Positions 59,197-64,000 of a stretch of 64,000 nucleotides of DNA are shown piece by piece. The translations under genes were made by a program, and so were the position numbers. The stretch covers positions 5,226 to 69,225 of the forward strand of contig CAVZQR010000017.1 in the NCBI GenBank assembly GCA_963777445.1, in the 5' to 3' direction. The first letter of the stretch is position 1; each line of letters begins with the position of its first letter. The notes below the pieces were generated by a model. That model had not been told where the DNA came from. It worked only from the letters and a program-made list of their open reading frames with translations, and ran no database searches. Origin of the DNA: Candidatus Dormiibacterota bacterium (GTDB lineage: Bacteria; Chloroflexota; Dormibacteria; Aeolococcales; Aeolococcaceae).

Positions 59197-59978
59197 GAGT
59201 GGGCGCGATCTCGGTCGCCGGGCTTGCTCTGTTCCTGTGGCCGTTTGTCGCCGCGAACCCGCCACCGGCGGCGACCTCGGTTGCTCTCAGTCTCGGTGTT
59301 GTCGCGGTGCTGATCTTCGTCGAGGCCTCCACACGACGGCTCGACGCACGGCGGTTTGCTCTGCTCGCCGCGATCGCCGCCATCGATGCCGCGCTGCGGC
59401 TCGTTCTGGTGACGGGACTTGGCGGCTTCAGCCCGATCTTCTTCCTCGTCCTGGCCGCCGGCTACGTCTACGGACCGTCGTACGGCTTCCTCGCCGGGTC
59501 GGTGGCGCTGCTCGCCTCAGCGGTGGCGACCGGCGGGATCGGACCCTGGCTTCCCTACGAAATGATGGGATGCGGGTTCGTTGGAATGATTGCGGGCGTC
59601 GCCGGCTTGCGACGCTCGGGGCCCGTCACCTGGCGAGACATCGCCGTGCTGGCAATCATCGGCGCGGTCACCGGCTTCGCCTACGGGGCGCTGCTCGACG
59701 TCTGGGACTGGACCACCTTCTACCGCGGAACGCCCGGCTTCGGATGGCAGCCCGGGCTCTCACTCGGGGCCGCGCTCGCCCGCTTCGGTCGCTTCTACCT
59801 GGCGACATCGGTGGTGTACGACAGCTTCAGAGCGGTCGGTAACGCACTGGCGGTGATCGTCCTCGGCACGCCGGTGCTCGCCGGGTTGGTACGGATGCGC
59901 TCCCGTTTCAACGTGGTCGTCCTCGACCGGCCGCGTCAGGATGCCCCGGGTCTGGCCGCCTCCGTCACCCCGAGGTGA
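59193..59978 (+). CDS. putative ECF substrate-capture (S) component
   Basis: 261-aa polytopic small-residue-rich membrane protein, ATGA-coupled to the ATPase. Assignment from position and topology only. Confidence 0.55.
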   Translation: MRVGAISVAGLALFLWPFVAANPPPAATSVALSLGVVAVLIFVEASTRRLDARRFALLAAIAAIDAALRLVLVTGLGGFSPIFFLVLAAGYVYGPSYGFLAGSVALLASAVATGGIGPWLPYEMMGCGFVGMIAGVAGLRRSGPVTWRDIAVLAIIGAVTGFAYGALLDVWDWTTFYRGTPGFGWQPGLSLGAALARFGRFYLATSVVYDSFRAVGNALAVIVLGTPVLAGLVRMRSRFNVVVLDRPRQDAPGLAASVTPR

Positions 59979-60336
59979 GCGCGAGCACGGCAAAGACCAC
60001 CGCCGCGACGGCGCCGATGACCAAAGGGAGCTTTGAGAGCGGCCAGGGGGTTCGGCGCCCAACCGCGAACGTGACCCCGAGCGTGACCGCCATCCCGGCG
60101 CCGTAGAGATAGTGCAGTTCGTGCGCCGGGCGATGGCCCATGAGGTAGAGCGCCGCCCCGAGGATCACCTCGACCGCAACTCCGAGCAGCAGGACGCGGA
60201 GATAGATCTTGAGCACGATCCCCACCAGTGGGGTGACCAGGGACAAGAGCGCGACGAGCGCCCCGATCAAAGCGGCCACCACGATGATGAATCCGAATTT
60301 CTGGTGGAGGGTCACCCAATCGATCGAGGCAATCAT
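59965..60336 (-). CDS. small 4-TM membrane protein
   Basis: 123 aa. ATGA overlap with the upstream FNR-type reductase. Confidence 0.6.
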   Translation of the reverse strand: MIASIDWVTLHQKFGFIIVVAALIGALVALLSLVTPLVGIVLKIYLRVLLLGVAVEVILGAALYLMGHRPAHELHYLYGAGMAVTLGVTFAVGRRTPWPLSKLPLVIGAVAAVVFAVLALTSG

Positions 60337-61088
60337 CAGTCCGGCCAGTACTGCTCTTCGCGGATCGACTTGTTGTCGAAGCCGGCTCGACGCATGATCG
60401 CCCGGGCACCGCTGATCATCCCCGGATGACCGCAGAGGAAGACGCCGCCGTACCCGGGGCGCATCCCCGCCGCGTCGGAGTACTTGCGCATGATGTCCTC
60501 CACCCTGCCGTGCTCGCCACGCCAGTCGGGGTCTTCCCAGGGGCGGCTCACCGTCGGCACATAGGTGAACCAGTCGAACTCCTGATCCAGCGCGACGAGC
60601 TCATCGGCGTACCCGAACTCGATCGAACGAGCCGCACCCTGGAGCGTGACCACCGGCACGGGCGCCCACTCGCCGGACCGTGCCCGCGAGCTCAACGTGC
60701 GCAGCAGGCTGACGAACGGGGCGACCCCGGTCACCGTGGCCACGAAGAGGTGCGGCTCATCGAGCAGCGGGGCGTCACGCAGGAACAGTCCCTTGGTGCG
60801 CTTCCTGACGACCACGTCGCCGCCGACGCCGAGTGCGAAGAGGGGATCTGACAGCTCACCCTCAGGCACCCGTTCGATGAAGAGCTCGATCTCATTCTCG
60901 AGGGGCGACGAGCAGATCGAATACGGCCGCTCGATGACGCGCCCGTTCGACTGCAAGCCCAGCGTCACGTACTGGCCGGGGCGGTACGGCAGCTCGATCT
61001 CGGTTCGAACCCGGATGATCCAGAGGTCTGGCGCCGGGTCGCGACGAGAGACGATCGTCGCTGGGGCGTACTTGTCCGGATCCATCAT
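60336..61088 (-). CDS. ferredoxin-NADP reductase-type FAD/NAD(P)-binding oxidoreductase
   Basis: RPYSICSSP (RxYS FAD motif), VATVTGVAPF, FLCGHPGM. ATG 61088 chosen; the upstream extension is Arg-rich. Confidence 0.8.
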   Translation of the reverse strand: MMDPDKYAPATIVSRRDPAPDLWIIRVRTEIELPYRPGQYVTLGLQSNGRVIERPYSICSSPLENEIELFIERVPEGELSDPLFALGVGGDVVVRKRTKGLFLRDAPLLDEPHLFVATVTGVAPFVSLLRTLSSRARSGEWAPVPVVTLQGAARSIEFGYADELVALDQEFDWFTYVPTVSRPWEDPDWRGEHGRVEDIMRKYSDAAGMRPGYGGVFLCGHPGMISGARAIMRRAGFDNKSIREEQYWPD

Positions 61089-61160
61089 GAGCGCCGTCAG
61101 AGTGTAGGGGGAAGGGCACCAAGCGCCTCTTTTCCTCCAACGGCGGAGACTGTCCATCAC

Positions 61161-61868
61161 ATGCACGGTCCCCTCGCCCTCGTCGGCGGCGACGAGTTCC
61201 ACCCGGGCAACGAGCGCCAGGACGAAATTCTCCGCGACGCGTGTGCCGGGCGACCGGCGTTCGTGGTCGCGACCGCGGCACAGGACTTCGCCTCCGGTGC
61301 GGTCGACGCGGCCCGTCGATGGTTCGCCGGCCTCGGCCTCGACGTCCACGAACTGCGCGTCCGCACCAAGGAGGACGCGAGGTCGCCGGACATCGTCGCC
61401 GAGGCTGCCGGTGCCGGTCTGGTCTACATCGCGGGCGGCGACCCCGGATGGGTTGTCGAGGTCCTTCGGTCAAGCCCGGTGTGGAAGGCGATTGCCGCAG
61501 CATGGCGGGCCGGCGCCGCTCTCGCTGGGTCCTCGGCAGGAGCAATGGCGCTCTGTGAGTGGTGCCTGGTGCAGACGAGCTGGCCGGGCGAGATCGAGGA
61601 GCGCTCCGTCGATGCGCTCGGTCTCATCCCCGGTTGCGCGATCCTGCCTCACTTCGACGTCCTCGGTGACGCCTGGATTCCTTGGGCGCAGGAGGGGCTT
61701 GGCCAGAACGCGCAGGTCATCGGGATCGACGAGCGGACCGCCGCCGTGCTTCGCGACGGCAGCTGGGAGGTGGTCGGGCCCGGCGCGGTCACGATCCTGC
61801 AAGGGGCGAAGCGCCGTCGCCACATCGCTGGCGAAAAGATCGAAGAAATGTCAAATCCGGAACCTTGA
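61161..61868 (+). CDS. peptidase S51 / cyanophycinase-like family protein
   Basis: LALVGGDEF...YIAGGDP...GSSAGAMAL...LPHFD. Confidence 0.7.
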   Translation: MHGPLALVGGDEFHPGNERQDEILRDACAGRPAFVVATAAQDFASGAVDAARRWFAGLGLDVHELRVRTKEDARSPDIVAEAAGAGLVYIAGGDPGWVVEVLRSSPVWKAIAAAWRAGAALAGSSAGAMALCEWCLVQTSWPGEIEERSVDALGLIPGCAILPHFDVLGDAWIPWAQEGLGQNAQVIGIDERTAAVLRDGSWEVVGPGAVTILQGAKRRRHIAGEKIEEMSNPEP

Positions 61869-61969
61869 TGCTGCTCAGGCCGTAATCCGAACGTAACCCT
61901 GCTCCGTTTACATCTATGACAGGGTGGATAACCTGAACAGCGAAGGCATCACGTGAGACGACAGACGAC

Positions 61970-62308
61970 ATGAGCTTCCAGAGCGCAATCACCGACATGG
62001 ACGCGGCAAAGGCCCGCGCCGAAGACCTCAAGGCTCGGCGCCGGCTCCGCATCGAGCACATTCAGCGGCTCGAACGCGTCCTCGACAGCGTTGAGCATCA
62101 CAACCTCCAGCGTGACCGACAAGTCCCGCCCGACATGTGGCGCCAGCTCGCGGAACTCGAGGTGGTCCTGCCCGTTCCCGCGCCCCCGGCCCTCTGGCAG
62201 GCACGCAACACGGCAAGGCTGCATGACGCGCTGCTCGACTGGGAGGCGGATCTCCTCGACAAGGTCGCGCCACACCGCGTCGCATACGACGACACGCACG
62301 ACGACTGA
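61970..62308 (+). CDS. hypothetical protein (charged, helical)
   Basis: ORF 112 aa. The preceding 100 nt is visibly less GC-rich, with TTTACA-16-TAACCT at 61907-61934. Confidence 0.5.
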   Translation: MSFQSAITDMDAAKARAEDLKARRRLRIEHIQRLERVLDSVEHHNLQRDRQVPPDMWRQLAELEVVLPVPAPPALWQARNTARLHDALLDWEADLLDKVAPHRVAYDDTHDD

Positions 62309-62346
62309 CCTCACCGCCTGAGGCGGGTCTGGCACACTCAGCGGAC

Positions 62347-63474
62347 GTGACCACCGCTGAACGCATGGCGCTCGTCGAGCGCAACACCGCCGAGATCATC
62401 GGCGCCGATGAGTTGCCGCCCCTGATGGACGCCGGCCTCGAGTTGCGTCATTACATCGGTTTCGAGATCTCTGGCAAGGCGCACCTCGGCACCGGCCTGA
62501 TGAGCATGGCCAAGGTGCGCGATCTCACGGCAGCGGGAGTGCACTGCTCCGTCCTCCTCGCCGATTGGCACACGTGGATCAACGACAAGCTCGGCGGCGA
62601 CCGCGAACTGATCCGCCGCATCGCCACCGGCTACTTCACCGAGGCGTTCCGCGCGTCGTTGCTGTGTGTCGACGCCGACCCGGGATCGGTGGAGTTCGTG
62701 CTCGCGTCCGACCTCTACAGGGACGACGCCGAGTACTGGGCCACGGTCATCGAGGTGAGCAAGAACACGACGCTGGCGCGCATGCAGCGGAGCATCAGCA
62801 TCCTCGGCCGCCAGGAACGCGACAGTGTCGACTTCGCCAAGCTCATCTACCCCGCCATGCAGGCGGCCGACATCTTCACGCTCGGTGTCCACATCGCCCA
62901 TGCGGGCATGGATCAGCGCAAGGCGCACGTGATCGCACGCGACGTGGCCATGCAGATGCGCATCCATGCCGTTCGCGGCCTGAACGGAGCGCCCATCAAG
63001 CCAGTCGCGCTCCATCATCCGCTCCTGCTCGGTCTGCGCCGGCCACCGGTATGGCCGGTGCCGCCGGAATCTGCGCGCGACGTCTTCGCAGCGATGAAGA
63101 TGAGCAAGAGCGACCCCGGCTCAGCCGTGTTCGTTCATGACAGTCCTGACGAGATCACGGCGAAGATCAGGAAGGCCTTCTGCCCTCCCGGGGATGTCAC
63201 GTTCAACCCCATCCTGGACTGGATCGAGAAGCTCGTCTTCGACATCGCGGGCGGCCCGTTCGTGGTCGAACGGTCGGAGGCGAACGGCGGACGGGTCGCG
63301 TTCGACACCAGCGACGAGGTGAGCGCCGCGTATGTCGACGGCTCCCTGCACCCCATGGATGCCAAGGCCGGGCTCACCGCGCGGCTCATCGACCTGCTCG
63401 AACCGGCGCGGATCCATTTCGCGAAGCCCGAGATCCACGCGATGCTCGAGGAGATCGACGCCGCGCTCGGCTAA
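62347..63474 (+). CDS. tyrS: tyrosyl-tRNA synthetase, archaeal/eukaryotic type
   Basis: IGFEISGKAHLG (HIGH region), LLADWHTWIN, YPAMQAADI, GMDQRKAH, KMSKS, FCPPGDV..NPILDW. Co-linear by eye with my recollection of the Methanocaldococcus TyrRS sequence. Confidence 0.85.
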   Translation: MTTAERMALVERNTAEIIGADELPPLMDAGLELRHYIGFEISGKAHLGTGLMSMAKVRDLTAAGVHCSVLLADWHTWINDKLGGDRELIRRIATGYFTEAFRASLLCVDADPGSVEFVLASDLYRDDAEYWATVIEVSKNTTLARMQRSISILGRQERDSVDFAKLIYPAMQAADIFTLGVHIAHAGMDQRKAHVIARDVAMQMRIHAVRGLNGAPIKPVALHHPLLLGLRRPPVWPVPPESARDVFAAMKMSKSDPGSAVFVHDSPDEITAKIRKAFCPPGDVTFNPILDWIEKLVFDIAGGPFVVERSEANGGRVAFDTSDEVSAAYVDGSLHPMDAKAGLTARLIDLLEPARIHFAKPEIHAMLEEIDAALG

Positions 63475-63478
63475 CGGG

Positions 63479-64000
63479 TCAGCGCAGGCCCACAGCCTCC
63501 TGAACGCGTCGCAGGGTCGCGTCGGCGACCAGGTGGACGCGCGCGGCGGACTCGGCAAGGACGTCCTTGAGGCGCTCCTCGTCAGCGCGAAGGTCCGCGT
63601 AGCGGGCCTGGATCGGAGTCAGCGCGTCGACGATCGCGTCGGCGACCGCGCTTTTCAGCACGCTGTAACTCTTTCCCTCGAAGGCCTCGAACGCCGCAGC
63701 CGCGCTCACCTCGTGCAACGCGGCGTAGATATCGAGCAGGTTGGCGACTCCCGGACCCGCCGGCTTGCGCACCGCGGGCTCGTTGTCCGTGGTCGCACGC
63801 GCGATCTTGCGCCGCACCACATCGGGCGGGTCGAGCAGCAGCACGGCATGGCCCGCGCGTTCCGCCGCGACGCTCTTGCTCATCTTCTCATCGGGTGTGT
63901 CCAGCCCCATGACGCGGGCGCCGACCTGGCTGATCAACGCCGCGGGCACCTTGAACACGTCGCCGCGTTGCGAGTTGAGCCGGTTCGCGAGATCGCGACA
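63479..64000 (-). CDS. trpS: tryptophanyl-tRNA synthetase, C-terminal part (5' end beyond window)
   Basis: ...GARVMGLDTPDEKMSKS...TDNEP...PGVANLLDIY...LKSAVADAIVDALTPIQARY. The frame stays open to the window edge. Confidence 0.85.
   Translation of the reverse strand, partial: CRDLANRLNSQRGDVFKVPAALISQVGARVMGLDTPDEKMSKSVAAERAGHAVLLLDPPDVVRRKIARATTDNEPAVRKPAGPGVANLLDIYAALHEVSAAAAFEAFEGKSYSVLKSAVADAIVDALTPIQARYADLRADEERLKDVLAESAARVHLVADATLRRVQEAVGLR

Overview
GC-rich bacterial chromosomal window (by eye well above 60% G+C), very gene-dense, dominated by core metabolism in long translationally coupled operons. All calls come from reading the sequence and ORF track by eye; no searches were run.

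Left to right:
- a CBS-fused GltD-like oxidoreductase plus a stand-alone CBS protein, nth, mdh and a HAD phosphatase
- a three-gene Sdh1-type succinate dehydrogenase
- a nine-gene his operon (hisC-Z-G-D-B-H-A-F-I)
- a LysW-type alpha-aminoadipate lysine cluster (hcs, hacA, hacB, lysW, lysX, lysK, lysY, lysZ), preceded by a Lys-Lys leader ORF and a textbook intrinsic terminator
- GDPD, an AidB-like acyl-CoA dehydrogenase and two methyltransferases
- divergent tRNA-His and tRNA-Arg; the tRNA-Arg 3' end is reiterated four times as a 12-nt tandem repeat
- two convergent GT-C glycosyltransferase paralogues that both change reading frame at the same mid-gene position
- a histidine phosphatase, resB, a small FAD-binding protein and the complete nuoA-N operon
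- pepN and a GT4 glycosyltransferase
- a clear cobalamin riboswitch driving a five-gene operon: anchored alpha-alpha-toroid protein with a near-perfect 903-bp internal duplication, anchored DUF4430 protein, EcfT, fused EcfA-A' and an S component
- an FNR-type reductase coupled to a small membrane protein, an S51 peptidase, an archaeal-type tyrS and a partial trpS

Cross-cutting signals:
- TAnnnT -10 hexamers sit 7-10 nt upstream of many operon-first start codons, suggesting leaderless mRNAs.
- ATGA/GTGA stop-start overlaps are pervasive inside operons.
- Convergent gene ends overlap or abut with no room for terminators.

No transposase, integrase, CRISPR array or recognisable defence gene was seen.
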